This document shows positions 13,316 to 25,249 of a DNA stretch of 61,380 nucleotides, piece by piece (within the stretch, counting starts at the first letter, position 1; the number at the start of each line of letters is the position of its first letter). The notes under the pieces were generated by a model. That model saw only the letters and a program-made list of their open reading frames with translations. It was not told where the DNA came from and ran no database searches. Source of the stretch: Selaginella moellendorffii (Eukaryota > Plantae > Lycopodiophyta). The position numbers were made by a program, and so were the translations under genes. The stretch is taken from NCBI RefSeq assembly GCF_000143415.4, contig NW_003314311.1, positions 225,629 to 287,008 of the forward strand, read 5' to 3'.

Positions 13316-14446
13316 AGAGGGGGCGAAAGCGACCCTCCTCTTGTAAAGATACCCCAGTACGCTGTTGTGTGTAGCGTAGTGTAATATCCGCCCAAGTAGC
13401 TATTTATACACGTAGGGCCAAGGGCGGCCAGTTATATAAGCAGGTAGCTTGGGGCAGGGAATATGCCGTGATAGCGGCACAAAGCCTTTCCAGCGTTACG
13501 CCAACAAAGAGGGTATCGATTTCTTTGGTGGCGACAATGTACGGTCCCCCCTAGGCGATTTAAATTGTGGCCATGTGGCGCAAGGATGGGGAGGCCCGTC
13601 ATGGTTGTCCTCTTTTGTCCCCCTTCTTCTCGCTTCTATTGGATTTTGTAAGTGTGTGTAGTTACACTCCAACAATGGCGGAGCTCGCGGAGCTGTGGAG
13701 CTACCTGAGAAGAAGACGATCGCAGCAACAAAGAAAGGCCAAAACAAAAGCGGAGAGAGAGAGAGAGTGAGAAGAAAGTTTGGGGGAAAAAACCAATTTT
13801 GATGGAAGGAATGGATTCTAGTCTCAATGCAAACTAACTACACGAACCTTAGAAACGATAAAAGTCTTCCTATAGCTCTTGCGAGACGTAGAGGTCACTG
13901 GTGCGTTAAACAATTCACGTAGTTCTTTTTCTTCGTGTTTTGATGACCCTTTGATCTTTGCAAGAGCTAACACCTGGATCTCCTTGAACAATCAAATCAC
14001 GAGAAATAGAGGTTAGAATCGAAAGAAGAGTAAAATAAGGTGGAAAACGGGGATAAAAAACTCGACTTTAGTGAATTTACTACGTAGCTTTGTCCCGACT
14101 CGTCACCACCATTACCGAAGAGGAGGCTGCGTCTCTGTCCAGTCGATGCTCTAAGATCCATTTGAGTTTGTCCCTTCTATCATCTGTCCGGAATAAGAGT
14201 GGCCAAGAGATGTGGCTTCCTCCTCTTCTTCTCGCTTCTCCAAAGCTTGAGGAGCTCGCAGCTATAAATTTCCCAAAAACTTCCCCATCGCCACTCCATC
14301 CATTCCCGAGCTCTGCGTTTGTGTTGCGTTGCGTTTTGCGTTCCTGGAAGATATTGACGTAGTTCTTGAGTGGAGATCGTTGTTTTTCTTTTCCTCCGCT
14401 GGTAACAATTGATGTCCTCGCGCTCCACAAGGATTTATGCGAATTC

Positions 14447-15901
14447 ATGGCACTCCAAGTCACCGCTGCTGCTTCAAGCACTGTTTCTTCGGCGCCACTA
14501 GCATTTATCCCTGCTCGTCCCAGCACTTCCAAAGCGGCAATGGACCTTCCATCGTCATCATCTAAAGTTTTCCCTGAGAGCCACAGGTGGCCGCCTAGTG
14601 ACTGTCCCAAAGTCTTCCACAATCAATACATCCGCGGCCTGGAGCTTCCGGTGATCGATCTGGACGAGGACGAGCGTGTCTGCCTCGAAAAGCTGCGCAA
14701 AGCCTGCGAGGAGTGGGGATTTTTCAACGTTGTCAGCCACGGTGTGCCGCAGGATCTCATGAAATCCATGGAGGGATTATCAAAATCGTTTTTTTGCTTG
14801 CCAGTCGAAAGTAAGATCCAAGCTACCGAGGGAAGCTGGAAGTTCCGTCTCTATGAGAGCTTCTCCCGCAAGAAATACACGGCGTGTTCCTGGGTGGAGG
14901 GACTCAATGTACACGACCTGTCCGCCATTCCCCAGATTGCGAGCTGCGCATGGCCGGAACAAAGCACAACTATCAGGTAGCGGAAAAAAAAGGCCTTAAT
15001 TCCGAAGAAAAAACACTTCAAAGATCATGCTTTCTAAAGTTGTATATGGCTGTATGCAGCAAAACTTTCACGGATTACCTGGGAGAGATGGACAAGCTTG
15101 GAAAACGCATACTTCGGCTGCTGGTGCTGAGCCTGGGAGTGAAGGAGTCCACCGCCAGCGATTTGCTGAGCGGCTGTGGATTCACTGGAACTCGCTTCAA
15201 TTACTATCCATCGTGTCCGGAGCCGAGCATGGCTCTCGGCCTTGTTCCTCACACAGATCCAAACTGTGTGACAATTCTCCACCAGGACAGTGTTGGAGGC
15301 CTGCAGATAGCGAGAAAAGGTCAGTGGATAGCGGTAAAGCCAATAGACAATGCCATCGTGATCAACATCGGCGACAGCTTCCAGGTATCAGGATTGTTTT
15401 TTACCTTGTATTGTCTGTTGTTCTTGTTGCTCTGGACTGGATCCAAACTTTCCTTGTTCTTGCTGCTGCTGTTTCCTTTGTTTTTTTTTTTTTTTTTTCA
15501 TTTTTGTTGATTGCTTCCTTATCTCTCCCGGAGTTGAGCTGCTCTAACGATCGATTTTTTTTTTTTTTTTTTCTGTGAATTCCTTGTGATCTTTCCTTTT
15601 TCTCCTCCCTAAGGCCTGGAGCAATTGTAGATATAAAAGTGTGGAGCACCGCGCCGTTGTCAACTCGGATACTCCCCGAGTTTCCATCGGCTACTTCTAC
15701 GGGCCCGTGGCAGAGGACTTGGTGATCCAGGCACCGAGCGAGCTGGTTGACGGGGATCATCCTCTCGTGCACAGGCCTTTCCGCTACATGGACTACATGT
15801 CGTGGAGAACCACCTCAAATCTTTTCGGGAAGAACGCGTTCAACGTCTTTACGAGCCTGGATTTCCCAGGAGCAGCAGCCGCTGCGAGCGAAAAGCCTTA
15901 A
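14447..15901 (+). CDS. 2-oxoglutarate/Fe(II) dioxygenase, gibberellin-oxidase-like (DOXC), 3 exons
   Basis: LPVIDL, ACEEWGFFNVVSHGV, NYYPSCP, HTD, HQDSVGGLQ, NIGDSFQAWSN, EHRAVVN and RVS motifs; exact GA-oxidase subclass not assignable by eye. Confidence 0.9.
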
Positions 15902-18768
15902 AAAGAAAAGGTTTTTTCGTTCTTGCTGCCTGCAAGCAAAGAAAGAAGAGAAGTTTTACGATAGACAGTACGAAAGATGAGCTTACAAACTAAATTTTGT
16001 TTGGTGCTTTCAAGAGAAAGCATCCAGCAGTTTGATCTCCAAAGATGCAGGAAGCTGCAGTTTGCTTTGGAGCCAAAGAAAGAGAGAAAAAAAAAAGAAA
16101 AACCGCCGAACTAGAGCAGAGAGAAAGAACACCAATAAAGACACAGCACAGCACAGCCATGGAACAAAATTCCAAGGACAAAGGAGTGTCTCCTCTTGAA
16201 AAAAAACGTGTGGAAAGAGTACCTCTGTGCGTCTTGTCGTGGCATATTCGCTGCCTGCCAGAGTCGTCGCTATAGCGAAGGCAAAATCCCTTTTGGTACA
16301 GCGATGGATTCGCCTCTACAGACAGCCTGGGACCGAACAGATGCTGATCGCGATCCATTACCTTCCAAAAGCCCTAAAACTGTCAGCCTAAGAGCCCTAA
16401 AAATTCCTTTTGTTGTGGAGAATACTACTTAGAGGCCGCTTGAACGTGAAAAACAATTAAGTAAAAAATCACTCTTTGTATTCCGATCTTGTACAGAAAA
16501 GTCTAGTGTCGTTATATTGTAGATATAGCGAGCCTATATTCGTGTTTTGTCCCTTGATCTCAAGCTGGAGAAGCTCGCAGCTGCTGCATTGAATTGGAGT
16601 ATATTGACGTTGAGAAGAGCAATTGATTTTTTGTTGCTTTCCTTTTCCTCAGTTTGTAAAAAGTGATGTAAGCATTCAATTAAAAAACTGGAGCACAGCT
16701 CTCCATAAGGATTTATGTGAATTAATGGCCCTGCAAGCTTCAAGCACTGTTCTTTGGTGTCACTAATTCCTCTATTCAAGGTTTCTTAATCTTTATCACA
16801 ATGTGGTGATGGATTTTGTATTTCAAAAACAAGAATTGCACTGTCAAAGAGAAGAATCAATAAAAATACAAGGGCAAAAAGACAATTAAAAAATGCCCAT
16901 TTTTAATGCCTTTATTATATCTTTATAATAATTTGCTGCTGTAATGCTTGACTTTCTTTAGTTATTTTTATGTAAATGAAGATAAATTTATTTTGAATAA
17001 ATTAATTTAAAGTTAATATAAAACCCATACAATATTAGAAACCAAAAGTATTCTGCAAAGAAATTGACAATTATTTCAGCTCTTTATGAGAAAATAGAAA
17101 ACAATACATAAAGATTATGCATGCTGCAATCCAAGTTGTGGTGGGGATTCACACTAGGATGTGCTGGTAAAAGTTGGAAAGAGACGTGTGTGATTAGTTT
17201 TTAAAATCAATGAGAGGATAAATTAAGCACAATATGTTTTCAATCACTTTAACACTTCGATAAGTACACCCTCCACAAGCAGTGAAGCTATATTGATTAT
17301 TAGATTTGCTGGAGCTTACAACAACCCAAGCACTAATACACATACATATAATAAAGCACAAAAGGACAAAATTTAAAAAATTGGAGAAGAAAAAATATTA
17401 AGAAAAAAATCCCACGTGAAGCATATATTCTGAAATATTGAAGATTGAGTTATAAAGATTTTTATAATGTCTACATAATCTTGTAACTATAGCGCCTAGA
17501 TTTTAGCCAAGTATGGCTATGGGCTAAATCAATAGTACTCCCCACTTCTTTCTATAAATTTTTGTTTCTTACACGGTTTTGACTTGAATCTTTAGTGGTT
17601 TTTCTGATGATTATTGCAAACCTAAAACCATCTCTAGATAGATCATGAATCTAGTGAAAGCTTGCAAGTGCTAGAATTTTAAACATAATTTGTATTCATG
17701 ATAAAAGAGATTATTAAAAATAAAGCTTGATTACAAATGAATTATAAATGAACCTAAAGGTTTTCTAAAGCAAACCAAAAGCATGACATTTTTTATCTTT
17801 ATAAAACACTTCTTAAGAATCAAAATCTATTTAAGCATTGAGAAAACATTCTTTAAAGTGTTATATATAAAAGTAAGAAGGACTGCAAAAGTATAACATT
17901 ATAAAGTTAATTGATATATTTAATATAACTCAATAAATTTCACTATGATGAAAAAGTATATTATTATTATTACAGAAATTAGTACTACAAAACTTTTCTT
18001 ACTTAATTTAACTTGGATACAAAAATTATCAACAGTTTTTTGCACCTTTAAAATAAGATTAAAGAAAAGTAAATAGTTTATAATATTTAATATCAATTTT
18101 ACCTTTTTTAATAAAATAGTTCAAGATTTTCCTACTTCAATGTACTAAACATTTTTAGAGTTCTTACAACTGTAAAAAGGTAAGCTATTCACTTTTAATT
18201 ACTTTGTTCTCCAGTTCTTAATTCTTAATATGCTTAGAATATCTAAATTTTTCTTTTAAAAAAAAGTATTTAAAAACTTAAATATAATAATTATAGAGTT
18301 TAAAATTTGATTTCTCTAAAATTATATTAATTTCTAATATACCTACATTGACAGAGAGAGAGAGAGAAATTTTATAATTCTCATTCTCAATCTTTGAGTT
18401 GAGTGTTTTTTATCCTTATACTAATTTAGATGTTATGCATGTGCATGAAGTTGAGAATTTGTTTTTGCTTCTTTCTCATTCTCCCCCCTTATCTCATGTT
18501 TTCTTAAGTTTCTTTCATTCTTCTCACTTTTATTCTACTTTATCTTACTGTTTCTACCTTTACTTCTATCACTTTTATTTCCCCATTACTTTCTACTATA
18601 TTTATGTCTTGCTTCTTTATTCCTTTTTTATATTCTTCTGACGATCTTTATGTTGTAGTAATTAACTGACTTAAGAAGGAGTATGCTGACCTTTTTGACT
18701 TTAATTTGTCATCTGTTAAGATTATAACACATCATCCTATTCCAACCAAGGATGTTCATCAAATCAAG

Positions 18769-19988
18769 TGTTGCAAATGTGATTTTGGGTATCGAAAGTT
18801 ATTTGTTAGATAATCCTTTTGAATATTCTTTCTTTACTGCCACAACGGTAGAAGGTTGATATTGCTAAACCCTTTATCAGTCCCTCTTGTGTTAGTAGAG
18901 TTAATTGGGCATTTTGAGTGTATTTAGACTGAATAAACATAAGGACAGAATTCCTACATGCTATTAACTACGCATACTTACCCCGGTAAGGAGTTTTTGT
19001 CTCATTATGTTTTGCATTGGTTATTGTCAAGAACCCTCAAGTATTGAGACTAGTCCTTTAATATCGCTAGATGATAGCTTATTGTGTCTCCCAAACACCC
19101 TCACTATCATGCCCTTTGTGTTAATCTAAATCCCACCATCGGCTCTACGAGCCTACCTTTATGACACTTCTTACTTATGTCTAGGTCTTTTGCCAAGACC
19201 AATATGGTTGTCTCTTATGCCAAATGCTATTTATGAAAAATGTCTAGATTTGAGCATTTGGCATCTCTATGAAATGTAGAGATTGTTTTGAATACAATAG
19301 TGTTCATCCCATATCTAAATTCGTAATCTAGAGACATTTCATATTTAGTAAGTTTCAAGTCTGTCCCAGAGACTAACTCTTGGTGCTAAGGGTGGAAGGG
19401 TGGAAGGGTGGCTAAGGATGAATAAAGCATGTGTTCCTCTAGGGGGGGGTTGTAAGGGGTTCTAAATATATAGTAGGGATAGTGGGTGTGTTGAGCATGG
19501 CCAACCAACTTAAGGTATAGTTTATCTCCCACTTGCGTGCTTGTTTTTATTTTGCATTTGGCTTGAGTCTAAGCCCAAGTTACACACCATGCTAGTGAAT
19601 AGAGTATTTATATCCTACGTTAAGCCACTGGTATGCTAAAATAGCACTATACTTCATTTGGCTTCGTTTTATGTGCTAGTCCTGGCATTGGGATGTTAAA
19701 AGTTCTATGACTGTTCCAAGTCACTCCGTGCTCCTGTCCGTTCGCCCCTTGGGTTGTATGCTCGGGAGTCACTCCGTGCTTCAATTCCGTCACTCTTTAA
19801 CTCCATGCTTGGGAATTTGGCTTTATTCTTTCATTAAGTGGCCTAAGGCTCTAAAGCTTGAGTTCCACTCCACTATTCTTTAGACACGTGGCATATGACA
19901 TATGGCATATAAAGGGTTTAGGTTCTACTTCATGGTTATCCTATGGTAAATCACCATAGGATAAAGGGTGAAAACCACATGTGCTACA
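18769..19988 (+). mobile_element. Solo LTR, family 1, TSD TCAAG
   Basis: TGTTGC...GCTACA flanked by TCAAG at 18764-18768 and 19989-19993; uninterrupted host sequence visible at about 36980. Confidence 0.93.
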
Positions 19989-22582
19989 TCAAGGTTTTTA
20001 TTCAATATCCATCACCAAAGGAGATCAAAATTTTATATGCAAATGTCAAAAAGATGTTAAAGAAGGGTGTTATCTGAAAGTCTCAAAATTTTTAGATATG
20101 TGAACCTCATCTTATGATGATGAAATGTATATATACATTTTTATTCACATTAGTGATGCCATTCAATTTGAATAATGCTTTAGTGACTTTCTAACAAATG
20201 ATAGACAAGGTTCTTTGTGGTATGTTAAAGGTGATTGCTAGCTTCATTGATTATGTCTTAATCCACTCCTAGGGGATGTTGAAAAAATACAACATGATTT
20301 ATATTAAAGACACAATTTATCATAGATACTATATTTCTCATGAAGGTTTACAAGTTAATTATGACAAACTTATAACTGTTTTAAAGTTCTTTATTCCAAA
20401 GTGTGAATGATGTACAATGCTCCCTAAGCAAGGTGTAATATCTCAGTTATTTCATTAATCATACTTCTAACAGTACTACACTATTGCAAGTATTACTAAA
20501 ATTGTTGACATCATCTTTCATCTTATGAATAGGCATTTACAAATCTTAAAGAGTTGTTAATGATTCTTCCAATTTTGGTATATCCTAACTATATTTAATC
20601 TTTCATTTTGTGTGTGGATGTTTTGGATATCAATCTTGAAGTTGTGTTGATGCAAGAGAGTATGAGTGTGCTTGGTCAATGTCATCCCATTGCATACATT
20701 AGTTGTATATTACAACCAATAGAAGTGAAGTACTCTATAATAAAGAAGGAATATTTAGCAATAGTTTGGGGTTTTGAGAAGCTTTATGTATATTTATATG
20801 GTTTTTAGATATTACTAAAAGGTGGTCATGCTCCAATTACTTCATTATTAAAGTGGAAGAACTTAGTTAGTTATATTGCTAAGTGGGTTTTGAAGTTTTT
20901 CAATATATGATTTCAAAGTTGTTCATTGCCAAGAAAGTTTTATAGTTAACATTAACACCCTTTCTCGAGCTTTTTTCCCTTCTTCACTCTTTTATCCTGT
21001 TCCTTACGAGTATGTTATTTTAGCATTAGTGGATTTGTTAGATAAGGATTTCATATTGTGATTGCTATACTTAATGTTTAGTGTCCATAAAGTGCAAAGT
21101 AAGATTTATCTTCTCTTGATGAGGTTCATGACGCTAAAAAATTGAGCTATGGATCCAAAGGCTTTGTGAGGGGTTTGAAAATCTTACATCACTTATGGAT
21201 GACTTGTCGTTTCGACATTTACCTTCTCAATATCATCATAAAGACAAGCTTCTTTATTTTGTAAGAACTAATTCTAATGATCATTTATGGTTGATAGTGC
21301 CTTCAATATTTATTCTATGCTTTCTCTATGCTTATCATAACTCTTTTATAGAATATTGTCATGTGACTAAGAAGTTAAGCAAGTCTTTTTATTAGCCGAA
21401 GATATTATTAGGTATATGCATAGTTGTGTTTGGTGCCAAGCTTATAAAACTCCCCTTATGTTGTAAAAGAAGGGTTGGAATTAATTAGAGTTTTATATTC
21501 ATTTGATTTAGTGGTGTTTGATTTGATGAAGCCTTTTCCACAATCAATTATAAGCAATGAGTATGTCATTATTGCTTTCGACTACTTAATTTGTTGAGTG
21601 AAAGTCAATTCTCTTACTAATGCATTTGTGACTATTATTGGGTACTTCTTCCTTAATCGAATGGTATTTCAACTTTTTTGTTTGGAATGAATTCTTTTAG
21701 ATAATGGTCCCACATTTATGGCTGAGGTATTTCACGTTTTAACATATTGGCTAGGGATATGCCACACTTTCACTAGTGTTTATCATTCACATTGAGATAG
21801 TTTGGTGGAATGATTCATTCAAACCTTCAAAAGGATAATTGCAAAATATATAAATTATCAATATTTAAATTGGGCTGGTTACTTATCATCTCTTTAATAC
21901 ATATATGCTATAGGGTGAGATCATGTTTCCTTTTCTTACTCTGTCCTCGTCAAATGTTGGCTTATTTCCAATGGCACTCTGATCTGCCTTTCTTGCTTAG
22001 CTCCTCAAGGTCTCCCTAGAGAGTTCTATTAGTGTTTCACCATATAAACTCTTATATGGTCATAATCCAATACGGTTAATGGAATTGAGTTTACCTTCAT
22101 GATTGCTATAAGTTGTCGATATTAAATCTTAGAATTAGTATTTAATAAGCATTCTTCCATTGGTTCCAGTGGAATCCATTGAACACTTGGGCCGTGTACA
22201 AGTGGGACAACAATAGCGTTGAAACTCCCATCATCATCCACATATGAAGTACAACGTGGATGACTTTGTGTTAATCTGTTTTCTTAATCTTACTATATAT
22301 AATTTTTTTAAAGGGATCCTTGCAAGTTGGATCATGAGTTTATAAGGTTTAGAATGACATTTAATAAGCCAATCCTCCAAAAATTGTACATATGCAACAG
22401 TTAAAGCATTTTATATAAAAGGATTAAAAACAACTAACACCATTTATAGATCCACTAGTATCTCCTCCTTATATTCCTCTAGATTCTAGCCTATTAACTA
22501 GAAAACCTTGACTTACATTCTTATAAGCTAGATCCTGACCCATTGTTTGGAAAACCTTGACCTACATTATTATAAGTTAGAT

Positions 22583-22738
22583 GTTAATCTCAATCTCAAC
22601 ATGAGGTGTGATTCTCCTAGCCAATTAACAGAGTCGAACCTGAGACCCCTCTAATACCAAATGTAAGTTCCTAAATTTGGACTTTCTAGGAGGTTACCCA
22701 ACTCAATACTATTCAAACCTAAGGATCAAATATCCCAA
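22583..22738 (-). mobile_element. 5S-containing short LTR plus PBS fragment (continues at 33251-33354 beyond the family-1 insertion)
   Basis: Reverse complement of 58007-58275; reads TGGGTAACCTCCTAGAAAGTCC...CTTACA-TTTGGTATTAGAG. Confidence 0.75.
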
Positions 22739-25249
22739 TGTCGTGAATGTGACTTCAGGTATCAAAAGTTACTTATCGGCTAGTCCTTTCGAATATTCTT
22801 TCTTACTATGACAACGTCAGGAGATCGGTATTGCTAAACCCATTATCAGTCTCCGCCTAAGCTAGTTAAGAAACTAGTCTTCGTGTGTGCATTTGACCAA
22901 ATGAGCATAAAGAAGGAATTCCTAAGTGTTTATTTAGTCAAGCATACTTGACCTGGTTAGAGAAACTCGTTCGTTGATTTGCACTTGCTAATGTTGGGAA
23001 CCCCCGCGATATTGAGATTGGTCTCTCAATATTTGTTAAATGATAGCTTACTATGTTTGCCAAACACCCTCGCTATCATGCCTTTTATGTTAGTCTCATA
23101 TAAGTCTCAAATGTTATTTATGGAAAGTGTCCAGATTTGCTCATTTAGCATATCTATGGAATGTAGAGATTGACATGAACACAATGGTGTTCGTCCCGTG
23201 TCCAAATTCGCAATCTAAGGACATTCCATATTTAGTAAGTTTCAAACTTGTTCTAGAGACTAACTCCTGATACTAAGGGAGGCTTGGGGTGAAAGCCCAA
23301 AGTGTGTGGGGGGGGGGGGGTTTCAAATGTATAGTAGGGATAGTGGGTGGGTTGGGCATGGCTGACCAACTTGAGGTATAGTTTAGCTTCCACTTACATG
23401 CTTGTCCTTGTTCTGCGTCCAGCTTGGATTTAAGCCCAAGTTCCACACCATGCTAGTTGGTGGAGTACCCATATTCTTGCGTTAGGCCACTGGTATGCCG
23501 AAATAGCGCTAGACTCCGTTTGGCTTTGTTTTGCATGCTAGTCCTAGCATTGGGATGCTAGTTGCTCTAGGACTATTCCAAGTTGCTCCAGGCTTCTGTC
23601 CCTTTGCTCCTTGGGCTGTATGCTTAGGAACTGCTCCGTGGTCCGATTTCGTCACTCCTTGGCTCCATGCTTGGGAATTTAGCACTATTTCTTCATTCAG
23701 TGGCCCAAGGCCCTAAACCTTGGATTCCACACCACTGTTCTAAGAACACGTGGCATGTGACATATGGCATATAACACGTGGCACATAGAGGGTTTAAGTT
23801 CCGCTTTGTGGTGTTATCTTATAGTAAATCACTATAGGATAAAGGGTAAAAACCACATGTGCTACATTTGGTATTAGAAGATATGTCTCAGTGAGTACTA
23901 TCCAATAAGATTGGGCAACTAGTCTTGTTGCATATGCAGAGATGAATACGATGATCCGAGTGGGTACACGTTTGGGTGCAAAGACTTTGCATTGGTTCCT
24001 TGGGTATGGATTTGGTTGCTTTTTTAATATCGTAATAATGTGAGCTTGCTCTTGGGCTCATAAGAGGGATTGAGTTGGCAACATGGATTTGAGATATACC
24101 ATTTTGCACTTTGAGTTGGTAGGATTAATGTTAGCCTATCGGTGGTTCCATGAGTTGTTCCATGTACCGTGGGTGAAAGTAAATTTTCCTTGGATTTGCT
24201 ATGAGTGGCAAATAGGCTTGTCCGTAGCTGTTTAGCATGGCATTAGCAGATCCTTCTTAGACATGATTACAAGTGGATCAACCAAGATTATAGGGATTAA
24301 TCTATTGGTTCAAGTAATCATTATCATGCTCTCTCATAAATTGTTTTTGGATTAGACTGAAGGCAGTGCAAAAGCAAGCTTGAGGTTTAGTAAAATATGA
24401 GACTGAAAAGAGAGTTATCAGGGACAAAGGATCAAACACGTAAATCATCTTCTCTTATTGGAGAGATAATTTGCAACGAGGTGTTAACTCATTGCTCGTA
24501 TTCACATTATACAACTAAGAGTCTCTACCTTGATGCATGTTGGAAATGATGGTTTTACAAATGGTGAGTTGTGGGATGGATAGCGGTGAAATGCAAAACT
24601 GTTTTGTCTAGGCTTGCTATTGAAGACTTGGATTACAGTGCTCAATTTTTTTCCAAGAACCTTGCTATTACTCTTGGAGTAGCTTGGTGTTGGATTAATT
24701 TTGAGTTTGGTTAAATAGAGAGTGGTATGAGCTTATTTGTGTTGTGAACAAAGTTGGTGGTATTCAATGTTATAAAGCTCTATCGGTGGAATGTGGCATT
24801 TATATTGCATTTTGTCGAATCAAGTTGGCACTTGATATTCATATAAACCTTTGTAGTAGTGATATAGGCATTGCTTGTAGTGTTGCTCAATTGATGATCA
24901 AGTTATTGTGATACTTATATCATATCTATGTGATAGTGAGCAATGTGTTTATAAAGTTGCTTGGTCAAAAGATGATCAACGCCAATGTGGTTGATGGTGA
25001 AGCTAGTCTACTTACACAAAGTAGCATTGAAGTAGTTTTGACTAAGTTCTCGATAATGATCTATGATATGCTAAGCTCAAGTCGGTTCCTTAGTTCTTTG
25101 AGTTTGCCCATTGAGATGTTGGAAAAGGGTTGTAGCATTCATTTGCTATAGTTCATTAGTTGATCTGTTAGCACTTGGAATAGATTGTTGAATGGAGAAG
25201 GTGTGTAGTTAAGGCATTGACATTGCTAGCACTTATGTTAGTGGCATTA

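Noticed and set aside
13290-13400. Possible telomerase RNA or H/ACA snoRNA on the minus strand (TACTGGGG, ACAAGA hinge, ACA)
   Set aside because: No CTAAACCCT template in place, and hairpins too short for a typical H/ACA RNA; kept only as an unassigned ncRNA candidate
15990-16400. Gene-like segment (MDRDQHLFGPRLSVEANP...) on the minus strand downstream of the dioxygenase
   Set aside because: No recognisable family and no complete exon chain could be built
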